Shown here one piece after another: positions 49,719 through 59,787 of a DNA stretch of 64,000 bases. The position numbers and the translations under genes are program-made. The first letter of the stretch is position 1, and each line of letters opens with the position of its first letter. The stretch is taken from the NCBI GenBank assembly GCA_046482545.1, contig JAWOEX010000023.1:590-64589 (forward strand), in the 5' to 3' direction. Source of the DNA: Candidatus Thorarchaeota archaeon. Lineage in GTDB: Archaea; Asgardarchaeota; Thorarchaeia; Thorarchaeales; Thorarchaeaceae. The notes below the pieces were generated by a model. That model saw only the letters and a list, made by a program, of their open reading frames with translations, was not told the DNA's origin and did not search any database.

Positions 49719-51401
49719 ATGGCACAAATGAGTGGTACTCCAGTACTTATTCTAAAGGAAGGTACCTCGCGTACTCGAGGCAGATCCGCACAAGAGAACA
49801 ACGTAAACGCAGGCAAGATTATCGCAGAAGCGGTCAGGTCAACACTTGGCCCACGCGGTATGGACAAGATGCTGGTTGATTCGCTTGGTGATGTTACAAT
49901 CACTAATGACGGTGCATCTATTCTCAAAGAGATAGATGTTCAGCATCCCGCTGCAAAAATGCTTGTAGAAGTCGCTAAGAGCCAAGACCAGGAGACTGGT
50001 GACGGCACTACGACTTCGGTTGTGATTGCCGGTGAACTGCTGAAGAGAGCAGAGGACCTTCTAGAGAAGAACATCCATCCAACAATTGTCGTTGGTGGAT
50101 ATCAGAAAGCAGCTGAAAAAGCTACAGAGATTCTTAATGAGATTTCAGTATCGATGGAAGGGATGGATAAGGACATTTTGAATAAAATTGCTTCCACATC
50201 TATGAACAGCAAATCCATCGTTGGAACCAAAGATCATTTCGCCAACATCGCTGTTGATGCGGTCCTTCAGGTCAATGAAGTTGTTGACGGCAAAAATGTT
50301 GCCGACATTGATATGATTGAAGTCATCAAGAAGCAGGGCAAAAGCCTACTTGAGACAGAGCTTGTGGATGGCATGGTTGTGGACAAAGAGGTCGTCCATG
50401 CAGGCATGCCCAAGACAGTTTCCAATGCAAAAATCGCTCTGATCAATGCACCCATCGAGGTTGAGAAGACCGAATTCGATGCGGAAATCAAAATCGACAG
50501 GCCGGATCAGCTCAAGCAATTCATCGACGAAGAAGAGCGCATGCTCAAGAAGATGGTTGACAGAATTATCGATACAGGTACAAACGTCCTAATCTGTCAG
50601 AAGGGTATTGATGACGTAGCCCAGCACTATCTTGCTAAGGCAGGCGTACTTGCTATTCGCAGGGCTAAGAAGAGCACTCTTGAGAAACTTGCCAAAGCTA
50701 CAGGCGCGACTGTTGCTAGTAGCTTGGATGAGCTCGACGAAGAAGCACTCGGTGTAGCAGGCCTTGTTGAAGAGGTCAAGATTGCCGATGATAAGCTCGT
50801 CTATATCAGAGAATGCAAGGATCCCAAGGCAGTTTCGATTGTCATTCGTGGTGGTACTGAGCATGTTGTTGACGAGGCTGAAAGAGCACTGCATGATGCT
50901 CTCTGTGTTGTGAGGAATGTCGTTGAAGACGGTACATACGTTGGAGGCGGTGGAGCTCCCGAGGCAGAGATATCCAAGAGGCTTGAAGCCTATGCGAAGA
51001 AAGTAGGCGGTCGTGAGCAACTCGCCATAGAGGCATTCGCCGAGGCACTAAGAGTTATTCCAAAGACTCTAGCTGAGAATGCTGGTCATGATCCCATCGA
51101 TATCATAGCTGACCTCAACAAAGAACACTCTGGCAAGGCAGGTATCTGGGCGGGCGTGAATGTGCTCGAAGGTAAGATATCTGACATGCAGAAAGCCGGG
51201 GTCATTGAGCCTGCTCGTGTGAAACACCAAGCCGTTCGATCCGCAGCTGAAGCAGCCCAAATGATACTGCGAATTGACGATGTCATCGCAGCCAAAGCCA
51301 CTGAAGCTCCCGCTGGTCCACCTGGTGGAGGCGCGGGTGGTATGGGTGGTATGGGCGGTATGGGTGGCATGGGCGGTATGGGCGGTATGCCCCCAATGTG
51401 A
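49719..51401 (+). CDS. ths: Thermosome subunit (group II chaperonin)
   Basis: [38 protein letters not shown] precedes MAQMSG. Confidence 0.97.
   Translation: MAQMSGTPVLILKEGTSRTRGRSAQENNVNAGKIIAEAVRSTLGPRGMDKMLVDSLGDVTITNDGASILKEIDVQHPAAKMLVEVAKSQDQETGDGTTTSVVIAGELLKRAEDLLEKNIHPTIVVGGYQKAAEKATEILNEISVSMEGMDKDILNKIASTSMNSKSIVGTKDHFANIAVDAVLQVNEVVDGKNVADIDMIEVIKKQGKSLLETELVDGMVVDKEVVHAGMPKTVSNAKIALINAPIEVEKTEFDAEIKIDRPDQLKQFIDEEERMLKKMVDRIIDTGTNVLICQKGIDDVAQHYLAKAGVLAIRRAKKSTLEKLAKATGATVASSLDELDEEALGVAGLVEEVKIADDKLVYIRECKDPKAVSIVIRGGTEHVVDEAERALHDALCVVRNVVEDGTYVGGGGAPEAEISKRLEAYAKKVGGREQLAIEAFAEALRVIPKTLAENAGHDPIDIIADLNKEHSGKAGIWAGVNVLEGKISDMQKAGVIEPARVKHQAVRSAAEAAQMILRIDDVIAAKATEAPAGPPGGGAGGMGGMGGMGGMGGMGGMPPM
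51336..51389 (+). repeat. (GGM)x6 coding repeat in the chaperonin tail
   Basis: GGYGGYATG repeated six times. Confidence 0.9.
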
Positions 51402-51437
51402 TAGTTTAGTACAAAGATAGATTGAATCTAAGAGAAA

Positions 51438-51474
51438 GGAGCCCTTCGGGCTCCAACCTCTGCTTTTCTTTTTT
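51438..51474 (+). terminator. Intrinsic terminator-like hairpin plus T-tract after the thermosome gene
   Basis: GGAGCCC-TTC-GGGCTCC followed by TTTTCTTTTTT. Confidence 0.7.
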
Positions 51475-51490
51475 CCGGGGAGAATAATCC

Positions 51491-52354
51491 TTGACCACAA
51501 GAATCCTGATTTCTGGCATCAACCCATTTCGTTCAGGTAAGACAACCTTTGCGATTCAGTTAGGTCAATTCTTGCAGGAAAAAGGTGTGGATTCGGAATA
51601 CTTCAAACCAATTAGTGGTCATAGTTACTGGTTTCATCATGATCACACCAGAGACTGCCTAGACCAAGGAAGACTGTTCTCTCTGGATGCCAAACGCGTA
51701 CGGGACAAACTTGGATCAAACTTCCCGGTGACTGTAACAAATCCAGTACACAGGATGTTCGCTCCTGCGGTCATCGATAAACCGGGTCGGCTTCCGATTA
51801 CCTCTCTTGCGCTCGCAGGTTGGGATTCCGTCTTGGTCATGCAACGGTTTACCAAATCTGAGAACAGTGAACTACAATCGAGCATGGTAGTAGGAACTGA
51901 ACTCATTGAGAAGGGAACAACAATTGTGGATAGAGAGACAATGGAAACTCTCTCTCAAGATAGCAAGGTTATACCTGTAGACTCGCTCAAGCAGGTCAGA
52001 GAATATGAACAGCAGAACTTCGAGGAGTGTGTACAGAGTTGTTTCGAAGCTATTGAAGCTGAAGCTGATGCAGTAATTATCGAATCGTTCAATAATTCCA
52101 TCTGGCCATGGGAACACCTCAAGAAAGTGGACCAAGTATTCGTTGTTGGACCCGCTCAGGCCTTCGAATATGACCCGGAGAAATTCAGCAAGGCTGCATT
52201 TATGATGAAGAGAGGACGAGAACCCCTTCGAGAAGTCACGATGAATAGAGTGGATGATTTGCTGAGTCCTCTACAACGTTTTGATTTGCTACCTAACAGA
52301 GGTATCGCCGAAAGAGACTTGCGCAGAATTTCATTAGTCACAAGAAAAGATTAA
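51491..52354 (+). CDS. Predicted archaeal P-loop ATPase/GTPase
   Basis: GINPFRSGKTT, FKPISGHSYW, NPVHR, IIESFN. Confidence 0.75.
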   Translation: MTTRILISGINPFRSGKTTFAIQLGQFLQEKGVDSEYFKPISGHSYWFHHDHTRDCLDQGRLFSLDAKRVRDKLGSNFPVTVTNPVHRMFAPAVIDKPGRLPITSLALAGWDSVLVMQRFTKSENSELQSSMVVGTELIEKGTTIVDRETMETLSQDSKVIPVDSLKQVREYEQQNFEECVQSCFEAIEAEADAVIIESFNNSIWPWEHLKKVDQVFVVGPAQAFEYDPEKFSKAAFMMKRGREPLREVTMNRVDDLLSPLQRFDLLPNRGIAERDLRRISLVTRKD

Positions 52355-52407
52355 ACATGGTCTGTTAATTCACGGTTTGTAAGCAGTAAATTTCAAGGAG
52401 AAAAATT

Positions 52408-53361
52408 TTGATGTCTGAAGAGAAGCTTGACTGGGAGCTTGTAGTTATCGGCGGAGGTCCTGCTGGAATGACTGCCGCTATCTACGGGGGGCGGTATGGA
52501 CTAGATACGCTCCTATTGGAATCCAAGGTTCTGGGTGGAGCTCAAGCGACAAGCCCAGGCATTGAGAACTATCCTGGCTTTACGTTCATCAAAGGAATCG
52601 ATCTCGCAGAACGAATGAAGCAACAGGTCCGAGAATGCGGCTCCAAAATACAAGAGATAACGGAGGTCGAGAATATCGAAATTGATAATGATGATAGTCG
52701 CGGATTTATCCTTGAAACCAAGCGAGGGAACTATACTGCGGAGGCAATTATTGTTGCCACTGGGGGAGGACACAGGGTTCTCAATGTGCCAGGTGAAGAA
52801 AAATACACTGGGCGTGGAGTCTCTTTCTGCGCCACATGTGATGGACCACTTTTCAGGGGTCGGGAGGTCGCAGTTGTGGGAGGAGGAAATACTGCGGCGA
52901 CTGAAGCTGTATATCTATCCGAAATCACTTCGAAGACCTACATGATTCATCGTCGTGACGAGCTCAGAGCAGAACACGCCATGGAAAGAGCCCTGATGAA
53001 ATCGGATGTAGAAATCCTTTGGGATACCATCGTGAAGGAGTTCAGAGGAAATCAAGTTCTTGAAGAACTCCTGATAGAGAATGTTCAGACAGGCAAACAG
53101 AGTACACTTGAGGTTGATGGAGCATTTGTGGCTCTTGGCTCCAATCCAAACAGCGAGATCGCTCAGGATATAGGGGTCGAGACCAACGATGCCGGCGAAA
53201 TCCTAGTAACCGATAAGATGGCTACTAACGTAAAAGGAGTATTTGCCGCAGGAGATGTAGTTGATTCTTTGAAGCAGATAGCTGTTGCTGTAGGGCATGG
53301 AGCTGTCGCCGCAGATTCTGCATACGCCTATATCAGACAGATGGAAAAGGGGCCACGATAG
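52408..53361 (+). CDS. trxB: Thioredoxin reductase
   Basis: GGGPAG, ENYPGF, CATCDG, VGGGN, HRRD, FAAGD. Confidence 0.95.
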   Translation: MMSEEKLDWELVVIGGGPAGMTAAIYGGRYGLDTLLLESKVLGGAQATSPGIENYPGFTFIKGIDLAERMKQQVRECGSKIQEITEVENIEIDNDDSRGFILETKRGNYTAEAIIVATGGGHRVLNVPGEEKYTGRGVSFCATCDGPLFRGREVAVVGGGNTAATEAVYLSEITSKTYMIHRRDELRAEHAMERALMKSDVEILWDTIVKEFRGNQVLEELLIENVQTGKQSTLEVDGAFVALGSNPNSEIAQDIGVETNDAGEILVTDKMATNVKGVFAAGDVVDSLKQIAVAVGHGAVAADSAYAYIRQMEKGPR

Positions 53362-53468
53362 AGTACATTCGTTGTTAATGGGAAAGCTTAATTACCGACT
53401 CCGAGTCCGATGCAAAACACGCAGCGCAAACCACAGTTTGCAGCATTTGCACTGGCCGTGATGTTCCT

Positions 53469-54671
53469 ATGAATAAGGTCAAGATTACAGGATTAGCCGT
53501 GGTATTCACATTATTGTTTCTATCAGCAATCACTCAGCCTGCCCAAGCCAACCCAGCGACGAGGCTGCAAACCGCAAACCAGTATCTTGATGATATGTAT
53601 GAAAGTAGTGAAGGTGGGTTTACAGTTCCTACTGCCAGTGCTTCAAGAGTAGCAGGCACCTTCGGAGCAATTGTATTCAGGCATCACATGCCACCTAATG
53701 TAGACGGAGGATATCTGTCCTCCAGACCACCACCATTCAATCTTGTCAAAACAAAGAATTTCACGCAGAAGGTACAATGGGTATCCGGAGATGTTGAGAG
53801 TGATAAATATGGCGGCTTCGCAGCCTATGTTGCAGGGCCTGTGTCGATTATCTCTTCATTCAGAGCCATTCAAATCTGGCAAATACTGAATGAGCATAAT
53901 GACATTCCAGGCATGGAAGAAGTAACCATCAATGCTACAGCGGTGCTAGTGTACGTAAACAAAACCCAATCCACAAACGGCGGTTTTGGGCCTCAAGCCG
54001 GTGCATCACCTGATTTGCTTTCCACGTACAGGGCGCTATCAATCATGGAATATGTTCTCACCATCACAGATGAATCCATGAATGAGTGGCTGCTAAACAA
54101 GACAAAGACTATCGAGTGGATTATGTCCTGCAGGCAGGGTAATGCATTCACATTGACTCCGAGTGCAAGAACAGTAGGTGTAACACCAACCGCAGCAGCT
54201 CTAATCTCCCTTGACATCTTGGGGGGCCTTGCGACTACCGAGGATATTCAAGGAATAGCTGACTGGATTCAGGAAAGACAAGTTTTCGAGTCATCATCCG
54301 GAGAGTTCATCGGTGGATTTCAGGAAGGCGTTGCAACAAACGACACTAATCTTGTTAGTACGTATTTTGCAGTAGAGGCGTTGAATCTTCTGGACGCCCT
54401 TCCAGAGAATACATCTGTTATTGGAGAGTTCGTGGCAAGCTGTCAGGCTGCGGACGGAAGCTGGGCATCTGTTCCCGGCCTTGAAGAGGGGGACATTGTC
54501 TATATGGCCCATGCTGCTCGTACTCTATCCATCATAGATGAAGGCTCTATTCTCCGTAAGGAGGATCCCAACAATCCCACGCCTCCATTGATTGACTGGA
54601 GAATTCTATTCATAGCATCAATCATCATCGTGATACTGATTGTGGCCATATTATCGGTTAGAAAAGACTAG
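53469..54671 (+). CDS. Secreted, C-terminally anchored prenyltransferase/squalene-cyclase-repeat (alpha/alpha toroid) protein
   Basis: Signal peptide; repeats Q...GGF...(D)L.STY.A; CQAADGSW; C-terminal TM followed by RKD. Confidence 0.75.
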   Translation: MNKVKITGLAVVFTLLFLSAITQPAQANPATRLQTANQYLDDMYESSEGGFTVPTASASRVAGTFGAIVFRHHMPPNVDGGYLSSRPPPFNLVKTKNFTQKVQWVSGDVESDKYGGFAAYVAGPVSIISSFRAIQIWQILNEHNDIPGMEEVTINATAVLVYVNKTQSTNGGFGPQAGASPDLLSTYRALSIMEYVLTITDESMNEWLLNKTKTIEWIMSCRQGNAFTLTPSARTVGVTPTAAALISLDILGGLATTEDIQGIADWIQERQVFESSSGEFIGGFQEGVATNDTNLVSTYFAVEALNLLDALPENTSVIGEFVASCQAADGSWASVPGLEEGDIVYMAHAARTLSIIDEGSILRKEDPNNPTPPLIDWRILFIASIIIVILIVAILSVRKD

Positions 54672-54753
54672 CGAGCACAATATCTTTATCACGACTTGGC
54701 TCAATTGAGCAGTATAGACACAGTCTCAGCGTGTGCTGTTGTGAGTTGATAGA

Positions 54754-56304
54754 ATGTCAGAAAGAAATGATAATAGCAGTCAGAGTCGAGCCTATCAACG
54801 TGGGTACGAATGGTTCTCAAACACAATAAGAAAGGGTCTTGATAATCGATCCTGGAAGAGACTGGGTATCTTCTCCTACTACGAAGCACCATTTCTGGAT
54901 ACGCCGGATCTCCATCTTTCGCCTGAACAGACGATGTTGGCCATGGCGAAATATAGGTCAGAATCTGAAGGGGCTACCGTATTCATCCTAGATATCACTA
55001 GTGAACGTGAAACAACAATAGTAAGTGAACGAGGATTCAATGATTTCCTTCGTATTTTCAGTAAGGAGTTTCCAAATTCAAAGAAGTTCTATTTTGGTTC
55101 CAAGACCTCTGAACGGACATGGTTGCATGAATATGAAGCGCATAAAATACCTCTCAAATGGCTAGTAAAAAGGCCGAACATATTTGCAGAGGTTCTCAGT
55201 GATGCATCTCCTGTTGGAGAAGATATTGGTCCCGGGGATGCTTCCTTTGAGAATATTGTGGGAATGATTGAAGTACTGAAAGAGAAATTGGGTCCCCCTT
55301 CACTGACAGAGGAAGTCATGGGAAAAATAAAGAAAACGGAGGCTAGCGAATACGCCGGAGAAGCTGTAGGCCTTATGACTGTCTTCGTCAGCCCTACGGT
55401 TGCTGTGTCACGGGGAGTCAAGTATCTCGGGAAGTTTATGAATCTCTTAAAAGACCGCAGAAAACAAGAAGTGAAGGAGGTGTACGAAGAATGGGAGCAA
55501 CGAGTCGAGGAGACATTCTCTGAAGAACACTTGTTGAATTTTTTTCACGATGATGAAAATTACCAGAGTCCCCTGATTCAAGCAGTTGATGATGAGGAAA
55601 TCATTCTACTCATCAATGAAAGTCGGGACACGCTTTACGATCTGTTCTTTCCTCTGGTTCTCCATCACCTCATGGAACTCAAGGGGTATGTGCCGCCACA
55701 TAGGCGAAGGAGAGTCGATCCTCGTGCAGACGAAGAAGCTCAACAAGCTAGTATTTACAAAAGCGAGGTTATGAATGAGGAGGAAGAAGAAGAGTTCCAT
55801 GAATTGGAACAGGAACTGATTGATGCTGCAGAAAGCATCGAAAAGGAGGAAGAAGAGCAACCAGATACGAAGGATTTTCAAGATAAACCACAAATCAGCA
55901 TATTTCTAGACTCAGCAACATACCTGTCCAAGCTGTCCAAGTCGTTTGAATTTGCTCTTTCCATTCCTGAGACCTATACGAATACGTCGTTAGCAGCATA
56001 CTTCTTTACTGACTTGCAGGAAGTATCTGAACCGGTTAGAGATGCTGTTCTCAAGTTCATCAGTGAAAAGGCACTAGTATTTGATCTGCATCCGGTCCTG
56101 TTTGACCTAGCGTCAGATGGCATGCCAATCACCAGAAAAGTCTGGTTAGAAAGCATTTTCAGACAAATCGAAGAGAAGCGACACAAGGACAGATTGGGTT
56201 TTCTCGAATATGACATAAGCCTTGAAGATAATTGGAGAGTACACGAGCTGCAGAGGCCTGAACCGAAGATAGTATCTGATATCAAGGGTTGGTTTGGTAG
56301 ATAA
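54754..56304 (+). CDS. Hypothetical protein resembling an inactivated HerA/FtsK-type P-loop ATPase
   Basis: 516-aa ORF with TVFILDITSE and PQISIFLDSATYL, an acidic insert, and no GxxGxGK(S/T). Confidence 0.6.
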   Translation: MSERNDNSSQSRAYQRGYEWFSNTIRKGLDNRSWKRLGIFSYYEAPFLDTPDLHLSPEQTMLAMAKYRSESEGATVFILDITSERETTIVSERGFNDFLRIFSKEFPNSKKFYFGSKTSERTWLHEYEAHKIPLKWLVKRPNIFAEVLSDASPVGEDIGPGDASFENIVGMIEVLKEKLGPPSLTEEVMGKIKKTEASEYAGEAVGLMTVFVSPTVAVSRGVKYLGKFMNLLKDRRKQEVKEVYEEWEQRVEETFSEEHLLNFFHDDENYQSPLIQAVDDEEIILLINESRDTLYDLFFPLVLHHLMELKGYVPPHRRRRVDPRADEEAQQASIYKSEVMNEEEEEEFHELEQELIDAAESIEKEEEEQPDTKDFQDKPQISIFLDSATYLSKLSKSFEFALSIPETYTNTSLAAYFFTDLQEVSEPVRDAVLKFISEKALVFDLHPVLFDLASDGMPITRKVWLESIFRQIEEKRHKDRLGFLEYDISLEDNWRVHELQRPEPKIVSDIKGWFGR

Positions 56305-56432
56305 TTCCCCCGTGATTGCGCTCCATATTGCAGGATTCACAGGTCGAAACACTAGCTACAACTAGGCGCAAGAAATATAGGACACAAAGATAGGGAACAA
56401 GGGTAGAGTCCTTTGTCCGGAGGATAATAGAT

Positions 56433-56855
56433 TTGAGTAGAGCCGATATGACCCATGCTAAGGTATTGAAGATAGAAACTGGAGACACCATAACTCTGCC
56501 ATCTGATTTCGTTGGTGCAATTAACGAAGAGTATGGATTAGCTATTCTCGTAATGAAGGATCAAAACGTGAAGCTATACCCAATAAAGAGTAGTGAGGTG
56601 ATGTATCTCCGACTTGAGATTCAAAAACTAAGCAAGAGCTTCTTGGAAGAGCTCACCATGGTTTTTGAGCAGGCAGGACTCGAAGACATTCTCTTTACGA
56701 GTGGAATATGTCAATCCGAACAAGAATGCTATTACGAATGTTACTTTACACCTAAGCAACTGAAAATCGATGCTGACAAAATGAGAGAATTATTGGATAA
56801 CATACCCGGAATCAAGAAAATCCTGCTCAAAGCTGTCCCTGTTGGTGGACGATAG
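56433..56855 (+). CDS. Putative AbrB-like plus ACT-like domain protein
   Basis: N-terminal KIETGDTITLPSDF resembles the AbrB hairpin; C-terminal beta-alpha-beta-beta-alpha-beta pattern ending LDNIPGIKKI. Confidence 0.55.
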   Translation: MSRADMTHAKVLKIETGDTITLPSDFVGAINEEYGLAILVMKDQNVKLYPIKSSEVMYLRLEIQKLSKSFLEELTMVFEQAGLEDILFTSGICQSEQECYYECYFTPKQLKIDADKMRELLDNIPGIKKILLKAVPVGGR

Positions 56856-56912
56856 GATTCTTCGCAAGCTCCGGCTTCTGCGGGCATTCGGGTAGGAGTT
56901 GCCACCCATAAG

Positions 56913-58475
56913 ATGACTGGTATCTGCGGATTGTTGTTGGACGGCGACCATTCTGTTGTCTTAGCGAAGCTGAAAGAAATTTCCTCAGGCATAGCACACA
57001 GAGGTAGGGCACACAGTCACATTTTCAGCGCAGAACGCTTGATGGAAAGCAAATCTCCCAGTGATAACCCGAAAAATGAATCCAAGCTCATTGGCCTATC
57101 AATTCTCGAAAGAGGGGATTACGGCCCTCATTTTGACACTCATAATAAGAAAATCATGATTCTGGATAGTAATCTACCACGCAAAGTATCACCAGAGATA
57201 TTGAAAGGATTTGCTACAGATTTTGCGCGGTCAATATCTGGCGCTGGGACATCCTTATTGCGAGTTCTCTTTGGCACGGTAGTATTCTATCTCAACGAGA
57301 AAGGGCTCTGGCTGTTCAGATCTGTGGACGGGACGAAGCCCATTTTCTACAGCAAAGAAAAGGGTATTCTGGCTTTTGCAACCGAGAGGAAGGGCCTATG
57401 GAAAGCTGGTTTCAAACAATCCGATAGGATTCAACCTGGTTTTGCCCTTAGGGCAGATTGGACTGGCAATATCTTGGTATCTAGAGTCACACATCGATAC
57501 CGAGAGCTCAACTTGCAGAGATGCTTCAAGAGCGAGATTGTTTCCCAGCTTAAAATGTCGCTCACAAAATCATTTGAAAAGCTGAGTTCCCAGAAGTGTG
57601 CTATTTTGTTTTCAGGAGGCATTGATAGCTCACTCGCCGCCTTATTGGCAGATAGAATAGCAGATCAAGTCATTCTCGTAACGGCGAAAGCGGAAGGCTC
57701 ACACGATGCTAGAGCTGCTGTCAAAGCTGCGGACATCTTGGGAATGAACCACTTCGAAGTTGAAGTGGACGAAAAGACTGTTTGGAACGTCCTTCCACGT
57801 ATCATATATTCTATCGAAACCACGGATAAAATGGATGTTGAAATTGCGATTCCTATCTTCCTCTCTACCCTTGAAGCGGCGAAAAGGGGCTACGAAATCA
57901 TTGTGTCTGGACAGGGGCCGGATGAACTATTCGGAGGTTACTACAGGTATCTTGAGATGTATGACCCGGAAAATCCTGCGAAACTTATTGAAGAAATCAA
58001 CTCAGATATATCTAGTACATACAGGAGAAACATAGAACGGGACGAGATGGCTATTGCTAATAGCGGAGGAAATGCATTTTTCCCGTATCTATCAACCGAC
58101 TTCGTGGAGTTAGCATTGGCTGCCCCCATCAGCTACAAGATTTCTCCTGATGATAAACCATCGCGGAAAAGAATACTTCGCGAGCTCGCTCTCTCTATGG
58201 GGTTACCACTCGAATTGGCATCCGTTCCGAAGAAAGCAACACAGTACAGTTCGGGGAGCTCAAACATACTTGTAGATTCTGTACGAAATAACGTACCGAA
58301 TCTTTCCGATTTTGGAAGAAACCGAGCCGGCAGGCGAGTTCAGGAGGTCCTAGATGCAATCGGTTATAAATTGGGAGTCCCATCAACCAGAGAAGGGCAA
58401 TCAAGCTTGGAAATCGATATGACTGCTACGGATACCTTCTTGAAAGATTTAGAAAGTGAGATTTCCATAGATTGA
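56913..58475 (+). CDS. Asparagine synthetase-like protein (AsnB family) with a degenerate glutaminase domain
   Basis: HRG, KPIFY, AFATERKGL, LFSGGIDSS, SGQGPDELFGGY, PKKATQYSSG. Confidence 0.85.
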   Translation: MTGICGLLLDGDHSVVLAKLKEISSGIAHRGRAHSHIFSAERLMESKSPSDNPKNESKLIGLSILERGDYGPHFDTHNKKIMILDSNLPRKVSPEILKGFATDFARSISGAGTSLLRVLFGTVVFYLNEKGLWLFRSVDGTKPIFYSKEKGILAFATERKGLWKAGFKQSDRIQPGFALRADWTGNILVSRVTHRYRELNLQRCFKSEIVSQLKMSLTKSFEKLSSQKCAILFSGGIDSSLAALLADRIADQVILVTAKAEGSHDARAAVKAADILGMNHFEVEVDEKTVWNVLPRIIYSIETTDKMDVEIAIPIFLSTLEAAKRGYEIIVSGQGPDELFGGYYRYLEMYDPENPAKLIEEINSDISSTYRRNIERDEMAIANSGGNAFFPYLSTDFVELALAAPISYKISPDDKPSRKRILRELALSMGLPLELASVPKKATQYSSGSSNILVDSVRNNVPNLSDFGRNRAGRRVQEVLDAIGYKLGVPSTREGQSSLEIDMTATDTFLKDLESEISID

Positions 58476-58731
58476 ACAAAATGAAGTCATAGTTCTGAAC
58501 ATAAGATAACGATACATGTCTTATGGCGGCGTTAGTGATAAATACGGGTATCTACAAAGACCCCTTCGACGGCATACCAAAGTCGAATCTTTCAATCGTT
58601 GAAAGACGATGGTGAGGAGGTTTCGGTATGACAACGTTAAAATATAAGTGCTCGGCGAGCAGTTTAACTCGAATATTGACGTACTAAGTTTCGGCAATTA
58701 CCGAACTCAACAATAGGAGAAAAGAATTGTT

Positions 58732-59775
58732 ATGGTAGGTATAGTAGGCTATGGCGTCTACATCCCACGCTATCGGATCAAAACGGAGGATATCGCCGAT
58801 GTATGGGGTGAAGACGGTGAAAGAATGGCAAGCGGACTAGGTGTGTACGAGAAATCACTTCCAGGTCCTGATGAAGATGTTGCAACCATTTCTGTCGAGG
58901 CTGCAAGGAATGCAATCAAATATGGCCAAGTAGACCCAACAGATATTGGTGCAATTTATGTTGGATCAGAATCACACCCCTATGCAGTAAAACCGACCGG
59001 TACCATTGTGTTAGAAGCGGTCGGCTGTTCTCCCAACATGACTGCTGCAGATTATGAGTTCGCATGCAAAGCGGGAACTGCAGCAATCCAGACCTGCATG
59101 GGTATGGTCAAATCCGGCATGATTAAGGTGGGTTTAGCCATAGGTTCAGACACAGCGCAGGGCCGGCCAGGAGATGCGCTAGAATATTCGGCCGCTGCTG
59201 GTGGTGCAGCATATCTTATCGGAGAAGAAAACGTAGTTGCAACAATTGAAGACACAACATCATTTACAACTGATACACCCGACTTCTGGCGAAGAGAGGG
59301 GCAAGACTACCCCAGTCATGGTGCAAGATTTACAGGAAAACCAGCATACTATCGACATGTTATGGAAGGGGCGAACCTCCTCTGGGAAAAAACAAATACC
59401 ACCGTTGATGATTACGATTATTTTGTTTTTCATATGCCAAATGGCAAGTTTCCAGTTTCTGTAGCACGTAAACTAGGCGTACCTAAGGAGAAGCTCGAAG
59501 ACAGCTTGGTGGTGCGTCAAATTGGCAATACGTACTCAGGCTCAGCCATGATTGGCCTTGCCCGAATCCTTGACATAGCCGAACCTGATGATAGGATATT
59601 CATGGTCTCATATGGCTCAGGTGCAGGGAGTGATGCATTTGCCATTCGCGTGGAAGATGCGATCACCAAACGAAGAGGGGAAGTTCCAACAGTAGACGAC
59701 TACATTACAAGGAAGACGTATGTCAAATATGCAATATACGCTAAGTATCGACGCAAGATAAAATCACTTGAATGA
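58732..59775 (+). CDS. Hydroxymethylglutaryl-CoA synthase (archaeal type)
   Basis: [43 protein letters not shown]. Confidence 0.96.
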   Translation: MVGIVGYGVYIPRYRIKTEDIADVWGEDGERMASGLGVYEKSLPGPDEDVATISVEAARNAIKYGQVDPTDIGAIYVGSESHPYAVKPTGTIVLEAVGCSPNMTAADYEFACKAGTAAIQTCMGMVKSGMIKVGLAIGSDTAQGRPGDALEYSAAAGGAAYLIGEENVVATIEDTTSFTTDTPDFWRREGQDYPSHGARFTGKPAYYRHVMEGANLLWEKTNTTVDDYDYFVFHMPNGKFPVSVARKLGVPKEKLEDSLVVRQIGNTYSGSAMIGLARILDIAEPDDRIFMVSYGSGAGSDAFAIRVEDAITKRRGEVPTVDDYITRKTYVKYAIYAKYRRKIKSLE

Positions 59776-59787
59776 GGAGGAGAGAGT

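Noticed and set aside
51336-51389. 9-bp tandem repeat
   Set aside because: Encodes the common (GGM)n chaperonin tail; not a CRISPR or mobile repeat.
58604-58620. GACGATGGTG resembling the start of a fluoride riboswitch
   Set aside because: The complementary strand and downstream consensus are absent, and the gene context does not fit.
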